Part shown: positions 19,018-28,432 of the stretch, piece by piece
Layout: every line of letters starts with the position of its first letter
Position numbering within the stretch: position 1 is the stretch's first letter
DNA from: Pseudomonas aeruginosa PAO1
Lineage (GTDB): Bacteria > Pseudomonadota > Gammaproteobacteria > Pseudomonadales > Pseudomonadaceae
Length of the DNA stretch: 64,000 nucleotides
Direction: 5' to 3' (one strand)
Assembly (NCBI RefSeq): GCF_000006765.1
Contig: NC_002516.2
The notes under the pieces: generated by a model
What the model was told of the DNA's origin: nothing
Seen by the model: only the letters and a program-made list of their open reading frames with translations
Databases searched by the model: none
Made by a program: the position numbers and the translations under genes

Positions 19018-20720
19018 AGTCATCGTCTTTGACCATGGTATTCGTCGTCCACGCCGGCGAGCTGGAAATCAAGTCTGCCGTGTTGGCGGCTTCTCTACGC
19101 AAACGCTTTGGCTTTTCCATGGATATCATTGCCGCATGTCCATCGGGAAAGGCTGACTGGGGTGTGCCAAGCGATGCATCCCGGCGCTTATATGAGCGTT
19201 TGGGCATTCCTCTTTTGCCTATGGATAGTCCTTTCGGGCCAGAGTATCCAATAGGCAACAAGTTCGCGGCGTTGGCGCTGGGGCCGGCTGTTGGGCATAC
19301 GTTGTTTCTCGACAGTGACATGATCTGTGTCGATGCATTCGAAGCTGACATGCTTTGTCGTTTCGATGCGGCACTCAAACCTGCCGATATGGCATTGGTG
19401 GCAAAACAGAACGATTACTGGGAACGCATATACGCCCATGCGGGATCGGCATTGCCTGGAGATCGGGTAGTGACCACTTGTTCCGGGGAAGCGATGCCTG
19501 CGTACTATAACGCTGGCTTTATCCTGGTACGTGATGCCAGGCGTTTCGCCGAAGTCTGGTACAGGCTCGCCGAACGCGTCCATGCGGATCCGCTGATCAC
19601 CAACAAGATGCCCTGGCTGGACCAGCTGACGCTACCCGTCGCTCTGCACGCGTTGAACTACAAGACGAGAGCGCTCAGCGAACGGTTCAATTATCCGCTT
19701 CATATCAAGCCGCTATCCGCTGCGTCCCTACCACCCTTCTTCTGCCACTACCATTCTCTCGACACACTTGTCAGCGAGCGTTCGCTATGGGCCGAACTGG
19801 ACGAACTGGCCAAGCGTTTCCCTGAGCTGCGCGAAGTGCTTGCGCTGGATGCCAACTGGAAGAAGGCAATCCTGGCTCCTGCGCCTCGGCTGGCTTTCTC
19901 GGAAGGTGATTCCACCGGCACTGTCGAGGCCGGACAGGACCTGGTGATCACCGGGATTCCCCGGAGCGGAACCAGCCATCTATGCCGTCTGCTCTCCCAG
20001 CAGCCCGACACCGTGGTGCTCAATGAACCTCCTCAGGTATTCGAAGCGCTGAAGCTCTCGCCTCTTCCTTGGGGACTGCCACGCTACTACGCAGAGTTAC
20101 GTCGCGACATCCTGGCGGGCAGGCCCGTGCCGAACAAGCATGTGAATGGCCGCCTGGTCGACGACACTGCCAGGGGCAACGATCAGTCCAGCGACTATTT
20201 CGCTGAGGTGCGGGGGGCTTCGTTTCACCTGGGAACGAAGAACACGCTTGCCTATATCGCCCGGCTGCCCCTGATTCGCAAGGTCATGCCGACGGCGTTG
20301 CTGATCGCAACCATCCGTCATCCCTACGACACCCTGAACTCCTGGGCGAACACCTTCGAGCACCTGCGCCAGGCTGCCGTCGAACGCCAGCCGTTCGGAT
20401 GTCCCGATGACCTGGCCCTCACGGGATGGCAGCGCAAGGCACTACTGGCCATTGCCGATACCGACCACCTAGCTGTCCGGCGTGCTCTGTGGTGGCGTTA
20501 CCTGGCACTGCAACTGGAGGACGCCGGGGATTACGTCCAGTTGTTGCGCTACGAGGATTTCGTCGAGGCGCCGCAAACGACCTTGGCCGCTCTGCGAAAC
20601 AACCGCCCCTTGCCTTTCGACGAGCCTGCGGTGTGGAGCAAGGGGCTGGCGCCGGACGAGCAGGAGCTGGTTGCCAACATAGTCTGCGACGTTGCCGAGC
20701 GATTCCACTACGTCTTGTAG
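19014..20720 (+). CDS. GT8-like glycosyltransferase fused to a sulfotransferase domain
   Basis: 568 aa; ATGA overlap. N-half FLDSD, YYNAGF, WLDQ, RFNY, CHYH (GT8 pattern). C-half ITGIPRSGTS (5'-PSB loop), IRHPYDTLNS (3'-PB), LRYEDF. Confidence 0.75.
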   Translation: MKSSSLTMVFVVHAGELEIKSAVLAASLRKRFGFSMDIIAACPSGKADWGVPSDASRRLYERLGIPLLPMDSPFGPEYPIGNKFAALALGPAVGHTLFLDSDMICVDAFEADMLCRFDAALKPADMALVAKQNDYWERIYAHAGSALPGDRVVTTCSGEAMPAYYNAGFILVRDARRFAEVWYRLAERVHADPLITNKMPWLDQLTLPVALHALNYKTRALSERFNYPLHIKPLSAASLPPFFCHYHSLDTLVSERSLWAELDELAKRFPELREVLALDANWKKAILAPAPRLAFSEGDSTGTVEAGQDLVITGIPRSGTSHLCRLLSQQPDTVVLNEPPQVFEALKLSPLPWGLPRYYAELRRDILAGRPVPNKHVNGRLVDDTARGNDQSSDYFAEVRGASFHLGTKNTLAYIARLPLIRKVMPTALLIATIRHPYDTLNSWANTFEHLRQAAVERQPFGCPDDLALTGWQRKALLAIADTDHLAVRRALWWRYLALQLEDAGDYVQLLRYEDFVEAPQTTLAALRNNRPLPFDEPAVWSKGLAPDEQELVANIVCDVAERFHYVL

Positions 20721-20736
20721 AACCGGGAGAACCCTT

Positions 20737-21465
20737 ATGCTGGATATCAGTTTAATCATGAATTTCCATGCGGAAGACGTGCTGGCGCATTGGAGCCTGC
20801 TGGGTTTTCAACGCATGCGTGAATTTGCGTCGCACCATGGGGTTTCCGTGCAGTTGGTGGCGGTGCTCGACCGCGCCTCGCAAACGACTCGGCGAATCGT
20901 CAGGCAGCATCCGATCCTGCGCGAGGGCGACAAGGTCCTTCAGGTCGAGCATGGTGATCTCGGGCTTTCCCGGAACGCCGGGATCGATAGCGCGGATGCG
21001 TCCACGGTGGGGGTGTTGGATGGCGACGACTACTGCTCGGCGAACTGGTTGGTCGAAGCCCTGCAGGTGGTATCCGAGAAGGGCAATGGCGTCGTGGTCC
21101 ATCCCGAGTACACGGTGAGCCATGGAGCCTGCCATTTGCTGGGGCGTTCGGTAGATCAACTGAGCGAAGACTATCCCGTGGAAAGTTGCTTCAAGCATCA
21201 CCCATGGGTTTCCGTTGCCGTAGCCGAGAAAGCCGTATTCCAGGAGCTTCCATACCTGGAGACCCGAGTCGGGAAATCCGGCTTCGGTTATGAAGATTGG
21301 CATTGGAATCTCGAGGTGATTGCGTCCGGTCGGAAGCACACCCTGGCTAGCGGCACCTGCCTGTTCTATCGCCGCAAGGAAGCATCGATGCTGGCCGCCA
21401 TGGGCGCGCTGAACGCAGTGGTTCGCCCCGGACGATTCTTCGATGGACGGTGTTTCGATCACTAG
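20737..21465 (+). CDS. GT2 glycosyltransferase
   Basis: 242 aa; SLIMNFH, VLD, GLSRNAG, VLDGDD, GYEDW. Confidence 0.8.
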   Translation: MLDISLIMNFHAEDVLAHWSLLGFQRMREFASHHGVSVQLVAVLDRASQTTRRIVRQHPILREGDKVLQVEHGDLGLSRNAGIDSADASTVGVLDGDDYCSANWLVEALQVVSEKGNGVVVHPEYTVSHGACHLLGRSVDQLSEDYPVESCFKHHPWVSVAVAEKAVFQELPYLETRVGKSGFGYEDWHWNLEVIASGRKHTLASGTCLFYRRKEASMLAAMGALNAVVRPGRFFDGRCFDH

Positions 21466-21561
21466 CCGGCTTCTCTGGGGCCGGGGAGGCACATGCCTGC
21501 CGCGGCAGCCCCGCATCGATGAGCCGAGCATCCAGCACTTCTACCAAGTGGAACTTTCCTG

Positions 21562-23046
21562 ATGAGCCTGAACGGCAGACTGAAAGCTCGTGCGGCCAGC
21601 TTCGCTCGCACAGCCTATCCACCTATTCTTGGATCGTTGCGGCGGGTGCTCTCCGAGCGCCAACTACAACGCTTCATACTGGTCTGCGACCGTTTGAAGG
21701 GCTGGTTGCTCAAGGAGGCAGTCGTCGTACCGTCACCCTCTCCGATGGCGCTGCCGCCATGGATAGTCGACGAAATGAAGGCGTTGGCCCGGATCGAGCC
21801 TGCCCTGTATCCCTCGGCGGCGAAGCTGCGCGTTTTCACTTCCTGGAAGGCCCCGATAGATAACGGACCGGCGCAACTGTACCGGGGATGTCTGGCGGAC
21901 TTCATCGAATATGCGCCGGATATGGTCTTCCTCGTCCCGCATTTGCAGCGTGGTGGCGCTGACCTGGGAATCCTGCATCATGTGCGGTTATGCGCCGAGA
22001 TGGGCGTGAAGGTGACGGTAGTGGTCACGCGGGATGTGGTGTCTCCCTGGCTCAACCGGCTTCCGGCGGAGGTTCGGGTGGTGGAGTTCGGACGCCTGGG
22101 CAATCTGCTCGGCGAGGAGGACCGGCGCCTGGTACTGCTGCGCCTTTTGCTGCAATGTCCTGCCAGGAGTATCCACATCATCAACTCGCAACTGGCCTGG
22201 GAACTGCTCGAGCGGCATGGCAAGACGTTGACGTTCGAGGGTAAGCGGATTTACGCCAGCGTCTTTTGCGACGACCTGGACGGCAATGCGGTTCGCTGCG
22301 GCTATGCCAGCGAGTTCCTCCCACGGTCCTGGATGCACCTGGCGGGCCTGCTTTCGGATAACCGGACCTTCCTCCAACAGATTCACGAGCGGGACGGCAT
22401 TCCGCCGGAGCTCATGCATGGGCTCTACTTTCCCGCCAGCGACCATGCAGAGGCGATTCCGACCGCAGGCTCGACGATTCTTTGGGCCAGCCGTATCTCG
22501 CCGCAGAAAAGGCCGGACCTGCTCTACGAGATTGCCCTGGCGCTTCCCGAATACCTGTTCGAAGTCCACGGCGAGGTCGATCCTGCTTGCAGGGGAGAAA
22601 CCCAGAGGAAGCTGCGACGCCTGCCGAATGTCAGGCTTCATGGGCGTTACGACTCCTTCCAGGCCCTGGCTCGGCAGGGGCGATATGCGATGTTGCTGTA
22701 TACCTCTCGCTATGACGGCTTGCCGAACATCCTGCTCGAAGCCACTGCTGCAGGGCTGCCCATAGTCGCCCCCGACGTCGGGGGTATCGCTGAGTTCCTG
22801 AATACCGAAACGGGCTATCTGGTCGGCGCTGACGCCGATGCCGGCGAGTTCGCAAGGGCAATCAGGAGTGCGCTGGGCAATCCCGGGGAGACGGCGAGAC
22901 GGGTGAAACGCGCCCGCGAGTTGCTGACGCGACGTCATGGCTGGGCCGCATTCAGGGACGCGGCCAGGAACATACCCGGCTACCTGCCTGGGGGCGTGCG
23001 GCCGGAACAAGAGGTCTCCATGGAAACCGAACCGGTGTCCGGGTGA
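21562..23046 (+). CDS. GT4 glycosyltransferase
   Basis: 494 aa; GGAD, WASRISPQKRP, SRYDGLPNILLEA, PDVGGIAE. Confidence 0.88.
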   Translation: MSLNGRLKARAASFARTAYPPILGSLRRVLSERQLQRFILVCDRLKGWLLKEAVVVPSPSPMALPPWIVDEMKALARIEPALYPSAAKLRVFTSWKAPIDNGPAQLYRGCLADFIEYAPDMVFLVPHLQRGGADLGILHHVRLCAEMGVKVTVVVTRDVVSPWLNRLPAEVRVVEFGRLGNLLGEEDRRLVLLRLLLQCPARSIHIINSQLAWELLERHGKTLTFEGKRIYASVFCDDLDGNAVRCGYASEFLPRSWMHLAGLLSDNRTFLQQIHERDGIPPELMHGLYFPASDHAEAIPTAGSTILWASRISPQKRPDLLYEIALALPEYLFEVHGEVDPACRGETQRKLRRLPNVRLHGRYDSFQALARQGRYAMLLYTSRYDGLPNILLEATAAGLPIVAPDVGGIAEFLNTETGYLVGADADAGEFARAIRSALGNPGETARRVKRARELLTRRHGWAAFRDAARNIPGYLPGGVRPEQEVSMETEPVSG

Positions 23047-24266
23047 AGGGCGTGAGGTCGGCCCATTTTCTGCAGCGCCTGCTATTTTCCCTACCGCCTG
23101 CTTTTCGTTCGTGGCTGGGAGAGAAGGGAAGGCACCTGGTCCATCTTGTCCTCGATATCGGTTCGGCCTCGGCGCTCCGGCAGGATTCCGGGCACGCCAC
23201 TCAGTGGGATCCGCAGAAGCCCCTGCTGAGCGTGGTCATTCCCTGCTTCAACCATGGGAGGTATTTGAGGCGCGCGCTTGATAGCCTGGCTCGGCAGAGC
23301 TTCCAGGACTTCGAGATCATTCTGGTCGACGATGGTTCTGATGACCCTTCGACCCTGGGCCTCCTCGAGGCTCTCCAGGAGCCCGGCATGACGATCCTGC
23401 GCCAGCCCAATCGTGGGCCATCCGCCGCGCGGAATGCCGGTGTGGCGCGGGCGAGGGGGCGTTATATCTGCTGCCTGGATGCGGATGACTGGCTGGCGTC
23501 CACCTATTTGGAAAAGTGCCTGGTCTTGCTGGAGGGAAACTCTGGCGTCCGCCTGGCGTACAGCTGGGTCCAGCTGGTGGGAGAGGAGCATCGGCTGCAT
23601 CGTTCCGCCGGCTTTCATCCCGGACTGTTGCGTTACTTCAATCCGTTCTGTGTCTCCGCGATCTTTCATCGCGATGACTGGCTGGCGGTAGGCGGTTTCG
23701 ACGAAGCCAGGGAGGCACAGTTCGAGGATTGGGATTTCTGGATCGCCCTGGTCGGATGTGGGGTGCGAGGCAGGCTGATCAGGGAACCCCTGTTGTTCTA
23801 TCACCGCCAGGTCGGCTCCAGACTGGAGACCGGCAAACGTCATGCCTTGAGTTCTTACAAGCGCATGCGGACTCGCCATCCTCGCCTCTATCGAGGGAGT
23901 CCATTTCTTCGAGCGCAGCGGCAAGGCTATTACGACTGCTGGGCATATCCTCCTCTGCTCAACCTCTCCCGCGCCGACCAATACAACGCCGTCCTATCCG
24001 ATGCGGTAGCCGTGGTGGCCGACGCGCCGCTCACCGAGGACTGGAACGCATGGCGTCGACAATTCGATGAGCTGCCAGCGTCCTCGACGGTTTTCGTCAT
24101 TGCCGGTGGGTGCCGGAAGCTCCCGGGCTGGCTGCTGGAGAGGGCGAGCGCCATCTACTGGCTGGACGACCTGCTGCACGAGCGGCAATGGTCGGCTTTC
24201 ATCGATAACTTCAGGCGGACCCGCGGAATCTCCAAGGTGTTTTCCGTGGGCAGGACGGCGTGGTGA
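23043..24266 (+). CDS. GT2 glycosyltransferase with C-terminal extension
   Basis: 407 aa, GTG start overlapping the upstream TGA; SVVIPCFN, LVDDGSDD, ARNAG, CLDADD, VGGFDE, FEDWDFW. Confidence 0.9.
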   Translation: MKGVRSAHFLQRLLFSLPPAFRSWLGEKGRHLVHLVLDIGSASALRQDSGHATQWDPQKPLLSVVIPCFNHGRYLRRALDSLARQSFQDFEIILVDDGSDDPSTLGLLEALQEPGMTILRQPNRGPSAARNAGVARARGRYICCLDADDWLASTYLEKCLVLLEGNSGVRLAYSWVQLVGEEHRLHRSAGFHPGLLRYFNPFCVSAIFHRDDWLAVGGFDEAREAQFEDWDFWIALVGCGVRGRLIREPLLFYHRQVGSRLETGKRHALSSYKRMRTRHPRLYRGSPFLRAQRQGYYDCWAYPPLLNLSRADQYNAVLSDAVAVVADAPLTEDWNAWRRQFDELPASSTVFVIAGGCRKLPGWLLERASAIYWLDDLLHERQWSAFIDNFRRTRGISKVFSVGRTAW

Positions 24267-26035
24267 AGGTTCTTTCGCGAGGTCCCGTCGCCGATGCCGT
24301 GCCGTTACTGTCCATCCTCACGGCCTGCGATTGCAGCGTGGAGGAGTTCGAACGAATCGCCGCATTTCTCGAGACGCAGACGCTGAAACGCTGGTGCTGG
24401 ATTCATTGCCCAGGAGTGGACAGTGACTGTCTTCCGGTAGAGGGGATGGCGGTACTGTACTTGCCGCGAGCACCGGCAGCCCTGAGGGCGACTGCTCTGG
24501 AAGAGGCGATCTGGTTCCTGCTGTCCCTACCGACCCTGCCGTGGGTCGAACTCCGCGAAGATGCGCGACGCGGCGATCTCTTCGTCAGTCGCAGGTCGTT
24601 GCCCGAGGGCCGTATTGGCGCAAGGCTGAACGGGCGCAGGCAGCCTTGCTCGTCGGCCATGCTGGCGCCGGGGAGCTTGCCTAAGGCCCCGGGAAAGCGC
24701 TTGTTACTGCTGGCGCCCTGGCTTGAGCCAGGCGGAGCGGATCGTTGCAATCTGGATCTGCTTCGAGCCTTGGCCCGGGAGGGCTGGATGCTGACGGTGG
24801 TCGCCAGCCTGGCGGCCGAGCATCGGTGGCGGGATCGTTTTACCGCGCTCACTGCGGATGTCTGGGTGCTTCCGGACTTTCTGTCTGCCGAGAAAGCTTG
24901 CGGCTTCCTTGCTTATCTGGTGGACAGTCGACAACCCGACCTGATGCTGCTTTCCAACTCTGCATTCGCCTATGACGTGCTGGGGTACGTCCGGACCCGC
25001 TACCCGGGCCTGCCCGTGGTCGACCTCAATCATATGGAGGAGGGCTGGGACGATGGCGGCCATCCGGGTAGAGCCGCTCGATGCACTGCCTTGCTGGACA
25101 GGCACTGGGTCGTATCCGGGCACCTGCGCCACTGGCTGCTCGACCGTGGCGTCGAGGCGAGCAAGGTCGAGGTGTTGCACTGGTTCGCCGATGTGGACTC
25201 GTGGAAACCCGACAGCCTGACGCGCGCGAAGGTCCGGGCGCGCCTGGGAATAGCTCCGCAGTGCGTAGTGATCGCCTATGCGGGGCGGCTCTGCGCGCAG
25301 AAACGACCGGAGCTGTTTGCCGCCAGCCTTGGCGAGTTGGCGCGCCGTGGTAGTGATTTCGTCGCGTTGGTACTGGGCGATGGCGAGCTGGCAGGGGAGC
25401 TGCGGAACGACCTCCGGCGCCATGGCTTGGCCGGGCGGGTACGGATGCTGGGCTGGCAGGACGAGGCTGCGTTGCGCGAGTTGTTCCAGGCCTCCGATAT
25501 ATTTTTCCTGCCATCGGCCGGCGAAGGTATCGCACTGGTTCTCTACGAGGCGATGGCGTGCGGAATGGCCATAGTCGCAGCCGATGTCGGCGGTCACGCA
25601 GAACTGGTCTCTGCCCACTGCGGCTTCCTTGTTCCGCGGCGCGATGCCGAACGAGAGGCCAGGGATTACGCCGCTAGGCTCGAGAGCCTCATGCGCGAAC
25701 CGGAAATGCTTGGGCGGATGGGGCAGAACTCCGCACGCCGCATCCGCGAAGCATTCACCTTGTCTCTTTTCGAGCGGCGTTTGCGGGAGTTGCTGGAACG
25801 CGTGCCGGTTTCGACTCCATGCGGCGTTTGCACGGATAGTCCGGTGCCTGCCCTGGGGGCGGCCAGGCTGTCCATGCAATGGGCTTCCTACCGACTGGCA
25901 AACGGATTGCGCTGCCGGCTGGATATCCAGAAGCACGGCCGTTTTTCAAGATTCCTGGAGCGATGCGCGAAGGGGGTGTTCTTCTTGCGCACATTCGGGG
26001 CGAAGGCGCTTTGGCAAAAGATCAGGAAGCACTGA
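24260..26035 (+). CDS. GT4 glycosyltransferase with degenerate GT2-like N-terminus
   Basis: 591 aa; PWLEPGGAD, YAGRLCAQKRP, LGDG, EX7E GEGIALVLYEAM, ADVGG. Confidence 0.88.
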   Translation: MVKVLSRGPVADAVPLLSILTACDCSVEEFERIAAFLETQTLKRWCWIHCPGVDSDCLPVEGMAVLYLPRAPAALRATALEEAIWFLLSLPTLPWVELREDARRGDLFVSRRSLPEGRIGARLNGRRQPCSSAMLAPGSLPKAPGKRLLLLAPWLEPGGADRCNLDLLRALAREGWMLTVVASLAAEHRWRDRFTALTADVWVLPDFLSAEKACGFLAYLVDSRQPDLMLLSNSAFAYDVLGYVRTRYPGLPVVDLNHMEEGWDDGGHPGRAARCTALLDRHWVVSGHLRHWLLDRGVEASKVEVLHWFADVDSWKPDSLTRAKVRARLGIAPQCVVIAYAGRLCAQKRPELFAASLGELARRGSDFVALVLGDGELAGELRNDLRRHGLAGRVRMLGWQDEAALRELFQASDIFFLPSAGEGIALVLYEAMACGMAIVAADVGGHAELVSAHCGFLVPRRDAEREARDYAARLESLMREPEMLGRMGQNSARRIREAFTLSLFERRLRELLERVPVSTPCGVCTDSPVPALGAARLSMQWASYRLANGLRCRLDIQKHGRFSRFLERCAKGVFFLRTFGAKALWQKIRKH

Positions 26036-26056
26036 ATGAATAGGGAGGTTTCATCC

Positions 26057-27280
26057 ATGACGCCCAGGGTGGTGGTGATTCTCGGCATGCATCGCTCCGG
26101 TACGAGCGTACTTTCCGCCGGACTCGAGGCGCTCGGGGTCGAGTTTGGCGAGAATCTGATCCCACCCAGGCCGGACAACCCCAAGGGATACTGGGAAGAT
26201 GCCCGCCTGGTGGCTTTCAATGACAGAGTCCTGTCCCTGTGTGGGTTTTCGTCGGGCGACGTCGGGTTGTCCAGTCGCCGGGTGCTGGGCGTCGAGCGAT
26301 TCGAAGAGATCGTCCAGCAGGCCATGGCGCTTTTGACTGAGCTACTGGCAGGCAAGGCGCTGCTGGGTATCAAGGATCCGCGTATGCCGCGTCTGATGCC
26401 GATCTGGCAAGCCGCGTTCGATGCATTGGGGCTATGGGTCGACTATGTCATCGCGGCTCGCCATCCTCTTAGCGTCGCGGAGTCTCTTGCTACCCGTGAC
26501 CACTTGAGTCGGGAAAAGAGCCTGATGCTCTGGTACGAACATTCCTGTCGCTCGATGCAGTGGGCGCTCCACAAGGGGGCCGTGGTGGTCGACTACGATC
26601 GTTTGCTGGCTCTGCCGCGACAGGAACTGGGCCGTATTGGCCATCGACTTTCCTTGCCGGTGGACGAGTCGGCTTGCGCCCGCTTCGTCGGTGATGTCCT
26701 GGATGTCGCATTGCGTCACTCATCCCATGATGCGAGCGCGTTGGCTGCCGCAGCGGGAAGCTTTCAGGCGCTGCTCGAGGTGCATGAGGCACTGCAGCAG
26801 CTTGCCGTGGACCGGTTCGACATCGAAGGGTGGAAGGGCCTGGAGCGGGAATTCAGCAGAGCGATGCCGTTGCTGGAGTACGTGGGGGAGCTGGACAGGC
26901 AACTCTGGCAATCGGCTTCGTCCCACAACGAGAGCATGACGCGGTTCAGCGAGCAGGTGGCTGACCTGGCCATGAGCTATACCGCACAGAGGCAACTGAA
27001 CGATGGACTGAGAGATCGCTTGCTTGAGGCCGGTGCTCGGGACGAACAGAACGAACGAGCCATGCGGGAACTTTCTCGGCGATTGTCGGTGTGTCGCGAA
27101 GAGCTTGTTTCCGCTCAGCGCAATCTCGCCGAAACGGACAACTTGCTACGGCGCACGCAGGTAGATCGCGATGATACTCACGCCCGTTTGATGGCTATAT
27201 TGGACAGTCGCTTCTGGCGTTTCACGAAACCCTTGCGAAACCTGTCCCGTCTGTTCGGCAGCGAGACGGGGTGTCCCTGA
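26057..27280 (+). CDS. Sulfotransferase-family domain + coiled coil + C-terminal amphipathic helix (WbdD-like architecture)
   Basis: 407 aa from ATG 26057 (GGAGG RBS; alternative 26036). ILGMHRSGTS, NPKGYWED, IKDPR, RHPLSVAESL; heptad-rich C-terminal third; tail LDSRFWRFTKPLR. Confidence 0.75.
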   Translation: MTPRVVVILGMHRSGTSVLSAGLEALGVEFGENLIPPRPDNPKGYWEDARLVAFNDRVLSLCGFSSGDVGLSSRRVLGVERFEEIVQQAMALLTELLAGKALLGIKDPRMPRLMPIWQAAFDALGLWVDYVIAARHPLSVAESLATRDHLSREKSLMLWYEHSCRSMQWALHKGAVVVDYDRLLALPRQELGRIGHRLSLPVDESACARFVGDVLDVALRHSSHDASALAAAAGSFQALLEVHEALQQLAVDRFDIEGWKGLEREFSRAMPLLEYVGELDRQLWQSASSHNESMTRFSEQVADLAMSYTAQRQLNDGLRDRLLEAGARDEQNERAMRELSRRLSVCREELVSAQRNLAETDNLLRRTQVDRDDTHARLMAILDSRFWRFTKPLRNLSRLFGSETGCP

Positions 27281-27336
27281 GCGCAAGCTGGAAGTGGCGC
27301 TGCGGACGGTTCGTGCCTCCAGGCCCAATCATCTTG

Positions 27337-27927
27337 TCAGGCTGGCTGGTTCGTCTCCAGGTAGGAAATGATTCGCTTCACCGCCAGGTCGGGGTCTTCT
27401 GAAAGTGTATCGATCGTTATGTTCGGCTGTGCGGGCGTTTCGTAGATCGAGTCGATCCCGGTGAAGTTTTCGATCTTGCCCGAGCGTGCTTTCCTGTACA
27501 GGCCTTTGGGATCTCTTCTCTCGCATTCCGAGAGCGGCGTATCGACAAAGACCTCGATGAAATGCTCGATGCCGATAAGTTCCCGAGAGAGGCGCCTGTC
27601 TCGCGAAAATGGCGAGATGGTTGCCACGATCACGATAAGGCCGGCTTCCAGCAGGATCTTTGCCACTTCCGCGATTCTTCGAATGTTCTCGGTGCGATCT
27701 TCGTCGCTGTAGCCAAGGTTTCGGCACAGGCCAAGGCGGAGATCGTCGCCGTCCAGGAGAAACGTATGTTTCTTCTGTTCGAAAAGCGCTAGTTCCAGGG
27801 CACTCGCAATAGTGGATTTTCCAGCGCCACTCAACCCGGTCAGCCAGATGACCGCTGGGCGTTGGCGCTTGAGCGCACTGCGTGTCTCGTTATCGATCGA
27901 TCGTTTTCCATGTTCACGAGGATTCAT
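27337..27927 (-). CDS. cysC: Adenylyl-sulfate (APS) kinase
   Basis: 196 aa; [47 protein letters not shown]. Confidence 0.96.
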   Translation of the reverse strand: MNPREHGKRSIDNETRSALKRQRPAVIWLTGLSGAGKSTIASALELALFEQKKHTFLLDGDDLRLGLCRNLGYSDEDRTENIRRIAEVAKILLEAGLIVIVATISPFSRDRRLSRELIGIEHFIEVFVDTPLSECERRDPKGLYRKARSGKIENFTGIDSIYETPAQPNITIDTLSEDPDLAVKRIISYLETNQPA

Positions 27928-28432
27928 CGCTGTTTCTGCCTGGAGGATTGGTTAACTGCATGGGAAGGGGGACCTCCCGAAGTTGGAGTTGGATTCCGTT
28001 GGGGGCCGGTACTTCTTCTAATGCGCGGTCAGGGCGTGTTTGTGCAGTTAGTTAAGTTAACGTTGCGCCAAATAAGTGCGTATAAGAAATTTCTTTATTT
28101 TCAGTAGGATGTTCTTTCCCTTAGGTATTTAAGCAAGTGGCTGGTTTCACTTGTCTTCCAGCCATGGCCGTGCAGTGTTCGGTCGCGAGGGTGCTGTTGG
28201 AGACCGAGAAAACAGGGGAACGCATCCAGCGTTTTCCGGGGCGCAGAGTTGGTCGATGGAATGGCGCAGCTTCGACCGGAACTCACCGCAGGTGACTTCC
28301 CGATCGGACGAGCCGAGAAAATAGTACCTCTGTGCTATTCGACCTTCTTCGCCGCGACGCTATAGTCCCGCCCTTGATCCCCGCGTTTCGCGGAAACCGG
28401 TTGTGCAGGACGCACGCGACTTGGAAGGAACC

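Noticed and set aside
10063-28177. GTGCAGTG present on both flanks of the island (10063-70 and 28170-77) as possible att/target duplication
   Set aside because: An 8-bp match is expected by chance over flanks of a few hundred bp. No integrase, transposase or tRNA is nearby, and exact borders need an empty-site comparison.
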